Positions 1 through 9,290 of a stretch of 64,000 nucleotides of DNA are shown in pieces; position 1 is the stretch's first letter; every line of letters starts with the position of its first letter. This DNA is from a virus, in IMG/VR virus record IMGVR_UViG_3300045988_142085, positions 96,001 to 160,000 of that record, one strand, 5' to 3'. Under the pieces are notes generated by a model. It was not told where the DNA came from. It made no database searches and worked only from the letters and a program-made list of their open reading frames with translations. The position numbers and the translations under genes were made by a program.

Positions 1-262
1 TACGTACTAATGTACTAACGATATAATATACATTATTTTGAGGATCCGGTAAGTTTTCAACGCTAGGTTCGCCATAAGCATATTCTACTTGAAATGGGCC
101 GACCATACCGTTATGCATTTTATAATGATCTTTTACACGAACCGGAGGTACGTTATTCTTAGGAATAATAATAATTGTTATACCGTTATCATAAGTGATA
201 TCATGCGGTGTTAAATTAATAATTGTATCGCCATTTAAACTAATAGACTTAAATTTATTCAT
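1..262 (-). CDS. hypothetical protein, N-terminal part (gene starts at 262 and runs off the window start)
   Basis: ATG complement at 260-262 preceded by AAAGGA ribosome-binding site; reading frame open to position 1 on the minus strand. Confidence 0.4.
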   Translation of the reverse strand, partial: MNKFKSISLNGDTIINLTPHDITYDNGITIIIIPKNNVPPVRVKDHYKMHNGMVGPFQVEYAYGEPSVENLPDPQNNVYYIVSTLVR

Positions 263-264
263 TG

Positions 265-687
265 TTATTTATCCTTTCTACGACCATCGATATATCTTTC
301 TTTATATTCGTTAATTAAATGATTATAACATAATGGTAAAAACATACTGAGATCTTTAAAATAATCCTTATCGGTATCGATTTTTACAGTGCCATAAAGA
401 TTGCCATAGCTTTTAGTTTCACGTCTATCTTTAGGAATAACTAAAATATCGTTAATCTTATTATATACTGTATTGTAACAAACCTTTAAAAATATTGTTA
501 ATTGATATCGTTTATTGTTTTTAAATAATGTTAAATAATAGTTACGTTGAATATCGACGCCATTAGCATATTCTTCGACATATGCCGGAGCAGTTAATAT
601 TTGAATAGTAAGCTGTAAATCTTCATCGACATATATATAACTTAAATTAGACCGTTCTGTCTCATATACTAATTCTTCTGACTCCAT
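265..687 (-). CDS. hypothetical protein (140 aa)
   Basis: ORF-track ORF, minus-strand operon context. Confidence 0.5.
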   Translation of the reverse strand: MESEELVYETERSNLSYIYVDEDLQLTIQILTAPAYVEEYANGVDIQRNYYLTLFKNNKRYQLTIFLKVCYNTVYNKINDILVIPKDRRETKSYGNLYGTVKIDTDKDYFKDLSMFLPLCYNHLINEYKERYIDGRRKDK

Positions 688-704
688 TTACAACTCCTTT
701 CTAA

Positions 705-1121
705 TCATAAAAAATTACTATTTTTAATTTTTTTTAACACATGATTAATTAATATAGTAACACGATTTTCCTCATCGAGCATATTAGCTACTCCTACTGT
801 TTCAATTTGAGAGTCACCGATAATTAATTTTTTAGAATCAGGATAATAATAATATACTTGATCTTTTTCTTCTGTCGAACAATAAAAGCACATTACTCCA
901 TATTCAGATGGAACATTTTCTTCTGGTGAAACATGATATCTTCTTTTAAAAGAAAAAACATATTTTTTATTTTTATTCTTTAATTTTACAGGACTAATAC
1001 TTTTATCGTCGACAAAATAATCTATAGGTCCATAACAACTAGGCTCATCTAATGTCTTAACAAAAGTATACTTCGTTACGCCAAATTTTTCTTTCAATTC
1101 TTCTAGTTTCTGATTAATCAT
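705..1121 (-). CDS. hypothetical protein (138 aa)
   Basis: ORF-track ORF, operon context. Confidence 0.5.
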   Translation of the reverse strand: MINQKLEELKEKFGVTKYTFVKTLDEPSCYGPIDYFVDDKSISPVKLKNKNKKYVFSFKRRYHVSPEENVPSEYGVMCFYCSTEEKDQVYYYYPDSKKLIIGDSQIETVGVANMLDEENRVTILINHVLKKIKNSNFL

Positions 1122-1133
1122 ATTTTATTTTCT

Positions 1134-1535
1134 TTATAGAATTTTAGAATAAGAAAAGTTATCTAACTTTTTCTTGAGCTTAATTCTATCCTCTAATGTA
1201 GTTATTAACATATTAACACAAAGATAAGCATAATGTTTATTAAAATAATCTTTTATTTGATCTTCATTAGGATAGCCTGGCCTGTCATCATTAATATAAA
1301 TATCTCTAAACTTTATAATATAAATATTATTTTGATAAGGTTTATGTATTAAAGTAACAGACACAGTTAATTCATAGTCAAAAGACTTGCCGTTTATAGG
1401 CTTATCTAATTTTTTAACAAAGCTAAAAATACAGTTAAGTTGGCAATCTAAACCAAGAGATTCAAAGATTATAAAATTATCTGTATTCATACAAAGCTCT
1501 TCTTTATTGCGATCAAATGAATAAGTTAACTTCAA
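1134..1535 (-). CDS. hypothetical protein (133 aa)
   Basis: ORF-track ORF, operon context. Confidence 0.5.
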   Translation of the reverse strand: MKLTYSFDRNKEELCMNTDNFIIFESLGLDCQLNCIFSFVKKLDKPINGKSFDYELTVSVTLIHKPYQNNIYIIKFRDIYINDDRPGYPNEDQIKDYFNKHYAYLCVNMLITTLEDRIKLKKKLDNFSYSKIL

Positions 1536-1650
1536 ACAGACGCCACCTTTCTTTATTTAACTTTCTATTATAACATAAATAGTCTTTTTTAGCAACAAAA
1601 CCTGCTATTATTTTAAATAAATATTTCTTCTATAAAGCGAACGTTCGTTC

Positions 1651-1812
1651 CTATTTTAAATCGCTCAGCATCCAGTTATACACTTTTTCGACTTGAAAAT
1701 GCTCGAGCTTGCGTAATTTTTTATCGGGATAATATCGATTCATATAATAGTTTAACTTATGAGTTACTTTATTTAAACGATATATCTCCGAAATCAATTC
1801 TTTTCTTTTCAT
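1651..1812 (-). CDS. small basic hypothetical protein (53 aa; MKRKELISEIYRLNKVTHKL...)
   Basis: hand-translated ORF below the track size cut-off; its ATG overlaps the stop of the upstream small ORF (TAATG). Confidence 0.3.
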   Translation of the reverse strand: MKRKELISEIYRLNKVTHKLNYYMNRYYPDKKLRKLEHFQVEKVYNWMLSDLK

Positions 1813-1937
1813 TATTTATTTTTTTTCTTTTTAATTTTCTGTTTTCTATCATGTTTTTTAACAAAACGTTCCCAATCTTTTTGCGATGTTTTATCTAGTT
1901 CTTCAAACATGGTTTTCCAGAAGTCTTGAGTGTCCAT
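1812..1937 (-). CDS. small Lys-rich hypothetical protein (41 aa)
   Basis: hand-translated; its ATG overlaps the stop of gene 1937..2269 (coupled TAATG arrangement). Confidence 0.3.
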   Translation of the reverse strand: MDTQDFWKTMFEELDKTSQKDWERFVKKHDRKQKIKKKKNK

Positions 1938-2269
1938 TAATAATACTCTCTATCGATAAAATACCAGCTACATTTTTCCAAAGATTCTTCTGTTAAATAA
2001 AGACAATATGCACCAAGGTTTTCAATTTGTTCGCCGTCTTCGAAGACTACCGTAATATTCTTAATATTAGACCATTTTCCGTCTTGGCTCCATTCATAGT
2101 CTGTTATTTTACATTGGCGCCCATCTAGATAATAAAAATCGAGATTTTCAAATTCAAAATCATCGATATCGTAATCATCGAAATTATACATTTTATCGTC
2201 AAGACAATATCTTTCATTGATAATTTTGTCGAAAATATCCTGATATTTTAAAATTAAATCGTTGTTCAT
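1937..2269 (-). CDS. hypothetical protein (110 aa)
   Basis: ORF track. Confidence 0.5.
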   Translation of the reverse strand: MNNDLILKYQDIFDKIINERYCLDDKMYNFDDYDIDDFEFENLDFYYLDGRQCKITDYEWSQDGKWSNIKNITVVFEDGEQIENLGAYCLYLTEESLEKCSWYFIDREYY

Positions 2270-2279
2270 ATTTTACTCC

Positions 2280-2741
2280 TTATAAATTATCTAAATCTTC
2301 TAATAAGCAATGAATTTCTTTAAAATAATATTCCAGCTCCATTGCGCTATAATCATTTTCTTTAGTGTATACTCCATATTCTTTCCGAATAGGAATAACA
2401 TCTTTTACTTCTTGACTGAGATCTTTATAATTGAACTTATAATCGAAGTTCCGCAAGAAGCAGTTGAGCATTTGTAAATCAGAATCGAAGTCGCCAGAAT
2501 CTAAATCATATAGCATCTGGTAAAACATATTTAATTTAAATAAAATGCCGTCTTTATAAATAATTTTCTTATCTTTAAATTCAACGACTAATTCTTTTTT
2601 ATGGCGATTATATCCAAGTTTATTGTTAATCAAAGCCAAATCTTTAAAAGATTGATTTCTATCGGTAATTATACAATCGATATTGCCAAGAATTTCGTCA
2701 ATCTTTTTCATGTTTTTATAAGTCATAGTCATATCCTTCAT
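2280..2741 (-). CDS. hypothetical protein (153 aa)
   Basis: ORF track. Confidence 0.5.
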   Translation of the reverse strand: MKDMTMTYKNMKKIDEILGNIDCIITDRNQSFKDLALINNKLGYNRHKKELVVEFKDKKIIYKDGILFKLNMFYQMLYDLDSGDFDSDLQMLNCFLRNFDYKFNYKDLSQEVKDVIPIRKEYGVYTKENDYSAMELEYYFKEIHCLLEDLDNL

Positions 2742-2746
2742 TCTTA

Positions 2747-3244
2747 CTATCTTAATTCTTCTAATAGTTTTTGAATATTGTTTAATCGATCTTGTAAACT
2801 ATAAATATACTGTTCTAGACAATCAATATTGTCATCGTTGTTGCTAGAATATCCTTTCCTTATATTCATATAACTATATAGATCATCATGTAAATCATCT
2901 ATATCAGAGTCAGTATATTCAATATAATTTTGGATTATTCTTAATCCTTTATTTTCTTTAGCTAAGTTTTCTATTAAATATCTTAAATAAACTAATTTGA
3001 ATATAACATCTGTAAATCTATCAGAAGAACCACCATATTCATAAGTCTTATAAATAAATGAAATTGTTTCATCTTCTGGATTAAATTTTACTAACCAAGA
3101 ATTGAAAGTAGTTAATGAATAAAGATGGCCAATAGCGCCATTTAATTCATTAGTAATTTTATCGTTAATTTTCGTTACGTTATTAATCTTTTCATAGAAA
3201 TCAAGATTATCTTTTAATATTCCATAATCCATAATGGGCGCCAA
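2747..3244 (-). CDS. hypothetical protein (165 aa)
   Basis: ORF track. Confidence 0.5.
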   Translation of the reverse strand: MAPIMDYGILKDNLDFYEKINNVTKINDKITNELNGAIGHLYSLTTFNSWLVKFNPEDETISFIYKTYEYGGSSDRFTDVIFKLVYLRYLIENLAKENKGLRIIQNYIEYTDSDIDDLHDDLYSYMNIRKGYSSNNDDNIDCLEQYIYSLQDRLNNIQKLLEELR

Positions 3245-3254
3245 CTTTCTTTAT

Positions 3255-3539
3255 TTAAAACTCTAATAATAATTCACTAATAGGATACATAATAAATGAT
3301 ATATCTTTATAATTAAAATATTCATTTAAACATTCAATTTTAATTTCTCTATTAGATAAGTCTATACTATATTCTTTTTCTTCTTCTTCGTATCTTAATG
3401 TAAACTTAAAACAATAATTATCTTCTTCTTTAAAAGAAGCAATATAATATGAACTAATCATATCTTTAAAGATTATTTGTTTTAAATAACGATATATTTC
3501 CTTCGCTTCGTCGTACGATCTAAATTCAAGTGTTATCAT
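3255..3539 (-). CDS. hypothetical protein (94 aa)
   Basis: ORF track. Confidence 0.45.
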   Translation of the reverse strand: MITLEFRSYDEAKEIYRYLKQIIFKDMISSYYIASFKEEDNYCFKFTLRYEEEEKEYSIDLSNREIKIECLNEYFNYKDISFIMYPISELLLEF

Positions 3540-3855
3540 ATTTTTCTCTTCTAAAATCTTCTAACCATTTTCTTATATCGCATTCTTCAATGGTTCTTTG
3601 TAATACATCTGAAGTACGATAATATGGATCTCTAAAATCCATTCCAATATTTTCTAAATAAACTAACGTCTTAGCTTCTATTATCGCTATATAATATGTT
3701 CTTTTAGTTAATATACATTCGCAATAAGCTGTTTGTATTAAATAAATAAAATTATTATTTTCTGAAAAAACATCGTAATGAAAATGACCGTGATCATAAT
3801 GATAGCGTACTAATACAAAATCCTTATCTTTATTTAATTCGAATATTTTACTCAT
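3526..3855 (-). CDS. hypothetical protein (109 aa)
   Basis: ORF track; overlaps the downstream gene by 14 nt. Confidence 0.45.
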   Translation of the reverse strand: MSKIFELNKDKDFVLVRYHYDHGHFHYDVFSENNNFIYLIQTAYCECILTKRTYYIAIIEAKTLVYLENIGMDFRDPYYRTSDVLQRTIEECDIRKWLEDFRREKYDNT

Positions 3856-3893
3856 AATATTATCTTTTTAACGTAATTTTATTTTGATCCACA

Positions 3894-4166
3894 TTATTTA
3901 AATTTTATATAGTCTTTCTTTCTAATATCTTCCCAGAGATATTCATACATTTTCTCGACAGCATTTGTAGTATATTTCATTCTTTCTATTGATTCTTCTA
4001 TTTCTTTTGGAACAGGCATATTGAGATTATATTCGACGGCAATAGTCTTCTTGTCATAATAATATATTAAATGAGCGAATAGATAGTTAAATATATCGGA
4101 CTTAAATTTTAAATATAAACAAAAGCTTTTAATAAAATATGATTCTCTTTTCCATGTTCTATCCAT
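3894..4166 (-). CDS. hypothetical protein (90 aa)
   Basis: ORF track. Confidence 0.45.
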   Translation of the reverse strand: MDRTWKRESYFIKSFCLYLKFKSDIFNYLFAHLIYYYDKKTIAVEYNLNMPVPKEIEESIERMKYTTNAVEKMYEYLWEDIRKKDYIKFK

Positions 4167-4210
4167 TTGAGATATATGTATTTCACAGTTGCTGTCTTTA
4201 TATAAATAAT

Positions 4211-4227
4211 CGCTCGCTATCGCTCGC
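4211..4227. repeat. CGCTCGCTatCGCTCGCC iteron-like motif (extra copy of the family clustered at 8.0-8.4 kb)
   Basis: GC-rich doubled 8-mer in an AT-rich intergenic gap; same motif at 8025, 8115, 8249, 8384. Confidence 0.5.
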
Positions 4228-4270
4228 CGCCCCTTTCATTATTTAACAATAATATTATTCTAAGACCATA

Positions 4271-4630
4271 TTATCCACCATGGCACGCTAAAACATGTCT
4301 TTTTTTAATAATATTAACATCTTTTAAATTAGTTTTCCATAATTTTTTAGCCGTCACATCTTTAGTTAATTTGCCAAATTCATATGTACTCATTAGTGGC
4401 CACAAATTATCTTCGCCAAATTCATTTAACAAATCTTTTTCCATATAAAAAACATATCCGTCTTTTATTAATATAGCATAAAATGTAATAAAACCATTTT
4501 TATCTTTTTTGCGAACTAATTCAGTATCGGTAGTAAATTTATGAGCAGGAAGTCTCATAATTTCTTTTTTCATTCTTCTATAAATTCTATTTTCTTCTGA
4601 AGAAAATAAATCTAATATAGTATCAAACAT
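4271..4630 (-). CDS. hypothetical protein (start moved to internal Met, MFDTILDLF...)
   Basis: ORF track; the internal ATG overlaps the stop of 4623..4958 by 8 nt, typical coupling. Confidence 0.4.
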   Translation of the reverse strand: MFDTILDLFSSEENRIYRRMKKEIMRLPAHKFTTDTELVRKKDKNGFITFYAILIKDGYVFYMEKDLLNEFGEDNLWPLMSTYEFGKLTKDVTAKKLWKTNLKDVNIIKKRHVLACHGG

Positions 4631-4958
4631 AATTCGTTTCCTCGTTAATAAATGTATAACAGAAAATATCACCAATCATATCTTTGTATTCTTCTTTGAA
4701 TTCATCATAATCTTCAAATTTTACTTCGATGATTTCATAAAGATCTTTATTATTTTTTTGATAATAAATATATAATGTTAATTGATGTTCATTATTTTTG
4801 TCGAATTCGATGCGTTCAATTACTTCTAATTTAACCATTATTTTATTAAGATATAGAAGCATACTACCGCAATTACATTGAGATATCAATACTTCTAATT
4901 TTGATATACGATCATATTTTTCTTTGTCGAATTTTTCTTTACAATATAAATGTTTCAT
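4623..4958 (-). CDS. hypothetical protein (111 aa)
   Basis: ORF track. Confidence 0.45.
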   Translation of the reverse strand: MKHLYCKEKFDKEKYDRISKLEVLISQCNCGSMLLYLNKIMVKLEVIERIEFDKNNEHQLTLYIYYQKNNKDLYEIIEVKFEDYDEFKEEYKDMIGDIFCYTFINEETNYV

Positions 4959-4974
4959 ATGCGTCCTTTCTTCA

Positions 4975-5196
4975 TTAATTTTTTAGTTCAGATTTTCTAA
5001 CATTACCATCTAAATCGACTACAAATCCTTTTGGAATAATCCATTGATCTTTTGGAGCAATCGGTAAAATACCGATTTCGTCGATATATTTAAACTCATC
5101 TTCGGTTAATCCTTTACCGGTCATAATTTGATAATGAGAAATTAATTTTCCGCCCGGTAATATTTTATTTTTAATTACATGGTTATAGTTTTTCAT
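4975..5196 (-). CDS. hypothetical protein (73 aa)
   Basis: ORF track; first gene of the leftward operon, followed by an AT-rich promoter region. Confidence 0.45.
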   Translation of the reverse strand: MKNYNHVIKNKILPGGKLISHYQIMTGKGLTEDEFKYIDEIGILPIAPKDQWIIPKGFVVDLDGNVRKSELKN

Positions 5197-6380
5197 TTTG
5201 TTTACTCCTTTATGATATAATAATATAATTAATTATGTTTGAATTTAAAATAATAAAATCGAGCCGCTATTACACATCTCTTTATTTAACTCTTAATATA
5301 TATTTAATTATAACTACCTATATAATAATAATATAATACTCTATACATTTATTATACTATGATTAATTTACTATTATACTAGTAATATTTATATAATTGT
5401 TTATGTTATATGTTATTATAATAATATATTAGCGTAACTGGTCGGCTTTAGCCGAACTGTTGCTGTCAATTATATTAAATAAGGTTTGAAGTATTGTAGC
5501 TAGTTTATTTTAAAAACAATACGAAAACAAATGAATTAGGTAAGTAGAGATATGTTTCAATATATTAATTAAAATATTAAAATTAACCAAAAACACTTGA
5601 AATAGAACGGTTGTAGAGTGTTTCTGCCCCTCTTTGTCTCAAAAAATAGAAAACACTCAAAAATATCAATAATAAGCAGGGTTTGAAGTATTATAGTAGA
5701 TTAAATGCTTAAAATATTAAAATGAGTAAAAAATATGCAATTAAGGTAGATGTGAGAGTGTTATATATATAGTCTAAAACTTAAAATAGCCTAATATTGC
5801 TTTAAAAACGGTGTGAGATAAGTGTTTCCTACCCTCCTCCCCCACCCAGCAAGCAATACTACACTTGCAGGATGTTGTCGTCGGGGCGCTCGTGAGGCGA
5901 CAGCGGGCTTTATTATTTTTTTTATTTATTATATATATAGTATATATAGCCTAAGTTATATAATAGTATAAGCTACGCAATAATTAAAGGCGGTGCCTCT
6001 AAGACTCTTGTTATTTAAAAGGCATTAATCTGTGTTATAGTATTATATAGACAGCCTTAATATTATATTATATATATGTTAAATAATAATATATCAGTCT
6101 ATATACGAGGCGCCAAGTCCTCTCTTAACACACGGGAATTGGCTCAATCAGGTGACGGTTATTTAAGAAATAATCTATACTTAATAATTATACAACAAAT
6201 GTATAATCCATTTAGGTTATCCTATTATATACTATAGATATAATAAATTAATACTAAGATTAAAAAAGGTTAGATAAAATCTACATTTTTAGCGACGATA
6301 TTTTTTGATAAAAAAATACCAAAAAATATCACGAATTTCTATTATACAAAAATAATGTATAAATAATTATTTTAATATTT

Positions 6381-6505
6381 TTAACCCGCTACACAACCAT
6401 AGATTGTAATATACCGGTGTAACAAGTTACACCGCTCCGCAATTTTTAATATAAAATAATATAACCAAGGCCCCCTGAAATAAATTCAGCAGGGTCTTTT
6501 CTTTA
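6381..6505 (+). ncRNA. candidate small-RNA unit 1: motif TTAACCCGC-N-TGTAATATA, perfect hairpin GGTGTAAC/GTTACACC, then intrinsic terminator
   Basis: conserved 9-mer plus -10-like TGTAATATA shared with units 2 and 3; downstream hairpin 6473-6494 followed by a T-run. Confidence 0.35.
6473..6505 (+). terminator. intrinsic terminator (CCCTGAA..TTCAGCAGGG plus TCTTTTCTTT)
   Basis: hairpin followed by T-rich tract on the plus strand. Confidence 0.45.
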
Positions 6506-6569
6506 TATTATTATATATATAATATAATAAACACTAACAATTAAAATAAAAAAATTATTTTTATTTTTT

Positions 6570-6682
6570 TTAACCCGCGGTGCTAACTTAACATGTAATA
6601 TACCGGTGAACGACAGTTCACCGCTTCCACTCACTTAAATATATAATAATCCTCAGAATAAAATCTGAGGATATTTTTTTTG
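6570..6682 (+). ncRNA. candidate small-RNA unit 2: same promoter-like motif, hairpin GGTGAAC/GTTCACC, terminator CCTCAGA-loop-TCTGAGG plus T8
   Basis: motif identity with unit 1; covarying hairpin; clean rho-independent terminator 6651-6682. Confidence 0.4.
6651..6682 (+). terminator. intrinsic terminator (7-bp GC-containing stem plus T8)
   Basis: perfect stem CCTCAGA/TCTGAGG, loop ATAAAA, then ATATTTTTTTT. Confidence 0.6.
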
Positions 6683-6689
6683 GAATTAA

Positions 6690-6786
6690 TTAACCCGCTT
6701 CGCTAATATACTACGTAATATACTAGTGGACGCAGTCCACTACTTCAGAACCTAAGCATCCTGACCTAACGGCCAGGATTTTTTCA
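6690..6786 (+). ncRNA. candidate small-RNA unit 3: same motif (CGTAATATA variant), hairpin AGTGGAC/GTCCACT, terminator ATCCTGacc..ggCCAGGAT plus T6
   Basis: motif identity; covarying hairpin; terminator 6758-6786. Confidence 0.35.
6758..6786 (+). terminator. intrinsic terminator
   Basis: stem ATCCTG.CC/GG.CAGGAT followed by TTTTTT. Confidence 0.5.
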
Positions 6787-7960
6787 TTATTAAGCATAAA
6801 CAAAGTTGGCCCATTTTAAAAATGCTCCAAACCCTTACTCACGTAATCTGCTGTGAAGATAAACAACTCGCAGAGGATCGTACACGAATAACCGTTTAAC
6901 GTATTCGGGCCTTAGCCCTCGATACTACTTTATATATAATATATATATAATTATTCTAATATTATTTAAAGATTTAAATAAGCGTCACTATTATTATCTA
7001 AATATAATAATTTATTTTAATATAATTAAAAAACCGTTCGCCTAAAATATTCGGTGTTCATTCTCTCTATCCATAACACCTAGTAAAAGAGGTAACAGTA
7101 TAACGCCGGAACCAGAGCAATAAAATTCCAGCTAACTGGTTAGAGCTTTCAAACTCTAACAACTTGGAATGATTAGTACTCGATAATAATTGTATCCTAA
7201 TAATTAATATTAATTATTATAAATTAATCTCGCACTAAGCAGAGCCTTCGTCACGAACTATAACACAGAAAATTGTAATTACGCTACGCTAATACAACCA
7301 GCCAACTTCGCTGCGCTATCTTTCTCTGGATCGGATCAAGACATTCTTTTATAATATATATAATTTAATAAAAGAATCAAAAGGGATTCGCCACCTAATA
7401 TAACCTTCGCCCCTAAATTAAATCCGGGGTCTCAGAACATATATTCCTTCGGAAATAGCCGGCGGCTCAAAATAATTGAATTATTTAAATCCAATTATAA
7501 TCACTGTTGCTCACCTAATTGAATAACTAGCAATAGTGTCCTATATAATATATATACTAATACTTAATTAATAATATACTTCATATATTATTATTAATAA
7601 CTAACATTACTTTTAAATAAAAAGTAATACAAAATACATATGGGGGGCGAAAAATATTCGAAATTTTATAACCTAAAGTTTCAGATTTTTCAGCCCGGAT
7701 TTTCGCTTTTATATATAGTACGACATAGTATACCGCTCACGGTCGTCCTCGCTAACGCTCGTTCCTTACCTACAGCTCAGTCGCAAGCTCCTTTCGCTTT
7801 CGGGATGCGTTTGCTATACGGCCCTCCGGGCCTCCATTATACTATACATATAGATAGCTTAAGGCAGGCGCTTTAATCGGTCGCTCCCGCTCCCTCTTCG
7901 CTTCTTTATCTAACCTATCTATATCCTTACGGATCGTAGCTAAAAGCTTAATACTAATAA

Positions 7961-8324
7961 CTTACTTCTCTTAATAAGAGAAGATAACAAGAGAACTTAA
8001 TATACTATATACATATATAATAAACGCTCGCTACCGCTCGCTTCTAATATAAATATAATATATATAATAATAAATACTTACTTTCTTAGGAAGAAAGATA
8101 ACAAAGAAGATATACGCTCGCTTCGCTCGCTCTTAATATAAATAATAAATACACACTTACTCTCTTAGAAAGAGAGTAACAGAGAACTCTAATAATAAAT
8201 AATAAACTGCTTACTTCTCTAAAGAGAAGATAACAAGAGACACATATACGGCTCGCTTATGCTCGCCTTGTTAAATAAATAAAATGAATATGCTTACTCT
8301 CTTAACAAGAGAGATAACAGAGAA
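7961..8324. repeat. array of 5 covarying hairpin repeats: CTTAC-[pyrimidine tract]-loop-[purine tract]-(G)ATAACA-[purine tract]
   Basis: copies at 7961-7994, 8077-8110, 8156-8186, 8210-8240, 8293-8324; flanks conserved, stems differ with compensatory changes (TTCTCTT/AAGAGAA, TTTCTT/AAGAAA, CTCTCTT/AAGAGAG ...), and the 3' purine tail covaries too. Confidence 0.7.
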
Positions 8325-8410
8325 TATTATAACGGCCGGCTCACGTGCGTTCGCACGGCCTACTATACAAAATAAGAGATCTACGCTCAGCTCGCATTCG
8401 CTCGCTTCGC
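8025..8410. repeat. CGCTCGCT-nn-CGCTCGC iteron-like motifs (4 copies) interleaved with the hairpin repeats
   Basis: copies at 8025-8043, 8115-8132, 8249-8267, 8384-8410; related CGCTC-rich tract at 7747-7765; GC-rich direct repeats in an AT-rich noncoding region. Confidence 0.55.
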
Positions 8411-8531
8411 TTATAGAGCGCTCGTGTGGCTTTATTAAGCAGTAACAACTTCACGCTATAAGTAATCATAGCCACCCAATTAAATATCATATACTGACGC
8501 ATATGATATTCAAAAAAAATAATTTTAGTAC

Positions 8532-8575
8532 ATACATATATATTGGATTAAAACCATACTCCAATATATATGTAT
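8532..8575. repeat. perfect 16-bp AT-rich inverted repeat (8532-8547 / 8560-8575) with a 12-nt spacer
   Basis: ATACATATATATTGGA ... TCCAATATATATGTAT, read directly. Confidence 0.7.
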
Positions 8576-8672
8576 ATATTAAATAAATTTTAAAAGAGCA
8601 AGCCGTCCTTTATATATACAGGACACCGCATCAAAAAAATATAGCTTTAGTCGGGAGCCATATTAATATTAT

Positions 8673-8745
8673 TTATTTAAATAAAAATAAGGTTTAGATA
8701 ACAGATGCGACCCACTCCCGTGTGCTTTTCCATTATCTAAACCTT
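8673..8745 (-). terminator. terminator of the rightward-encoded minus operon: 13-bp inverted repeat AAGGTTTAGATAA/TTATCTAAACCTT then a U-rich tract on the minus strand
   Basis: perfect 13-bp inverted repeat 8689-8701 / 8733-8745 just downstream of the stop of 8752..9234; the loop is long (31 nt), hence moderate confidence. Confidence 0.45.
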
Positions 8746-8751
8746 TAATAA

Positions 8752-9234
8752 CTAGCCTTCAGCTTGAGCTTCTTTAGCTTGGTTAGATACCATAACGATA
8801 TCATCGCTACCATCACCAGTAGAACCGAAAGATTTCTTAATAGAACGAATTTCATCGCTCTTAGTTAATTCGCCCCAGGATGCTTTTGCTTCGTCTACGA
8901 TGACACTAGTGCCACCAATTCCAAGCTCAGCAACCTTTTTAAGGCCACCAAAGAGACCTTTGGATACAACTTTAATACCGCCAATGCCAGCATCTTTAGT
9001 AATGCCAGCAACGATACCTAATTTCTTTCCGCCCCAGTTCACAATGCCACCAGTAGTAGCTTTGAATTTTGCCATTTTGTAGGCAGAAAGAATATCTTCT
9101 ACGACTGCATCGTCGCATTCTACTGTAAGAACTGTGCCATCTTGTGTGACACTTGCGTTGAATTCTTCAGTAGCTTTTTCATTGATATAATTAAGGATTT
9201 CTAAGTTTTCGTTTGTAATCTTAAATTGAGCCAT
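8752..9234 (-). CDS. Gly-rich hypothetical protein (160 aa)
   Basis: ORF track; strong ribosome-binding site; GC-richer codon usage than the flanks. Confidence 0.55.
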   Translation of the reverse strand: MAQFKITNENLEILNYINEKATEEFNASVTQDGTVLTVECDDAVVEDILSAYKMAKFKATTGGIVNWGGKKLGIVAGITKDAGIGGIKVVSKGLFGGLKKVAELGIGGTSVIVDEAKASWGELTKSDEIRSIKKSFGSTGDGSDDIVMVSNQAKEAQAEG

Positions 9235-9290
9235 GATGAGCCCTCCTCTTATTTAATAAAAAATAAGGGAGCCATGTGGCCCCCTTTAGA

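Noticed and set aside
7640-7876. Plus-strand 78-aa ORF in the noncoding region
   Set aside because: It sits in a GC-rich repeat-laden noncoding stretch with no ribosome-binding site and odd composition. It is more likely noncoding.
7961-8324. Possible CRISPR array (about 35-nt repeats with spacers)
   Set aside because: The repeats are not identical: their interiors vary with compensatory changes. Spacing is irregular (54-132 nt). No cas genes or leader are present. It fits a structural repeat family better than CRISPR.
5200-8750. tRNA genes in the long noncoding region
   Set aside because: No convincing cloverleaf with a GTTC-type T-loop and acceptor stem was found by eye. Some hairpin clusters (for example 7090-7140) are tRNA-like only superficially. 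A tRNAscan run would be needed to exclude them.
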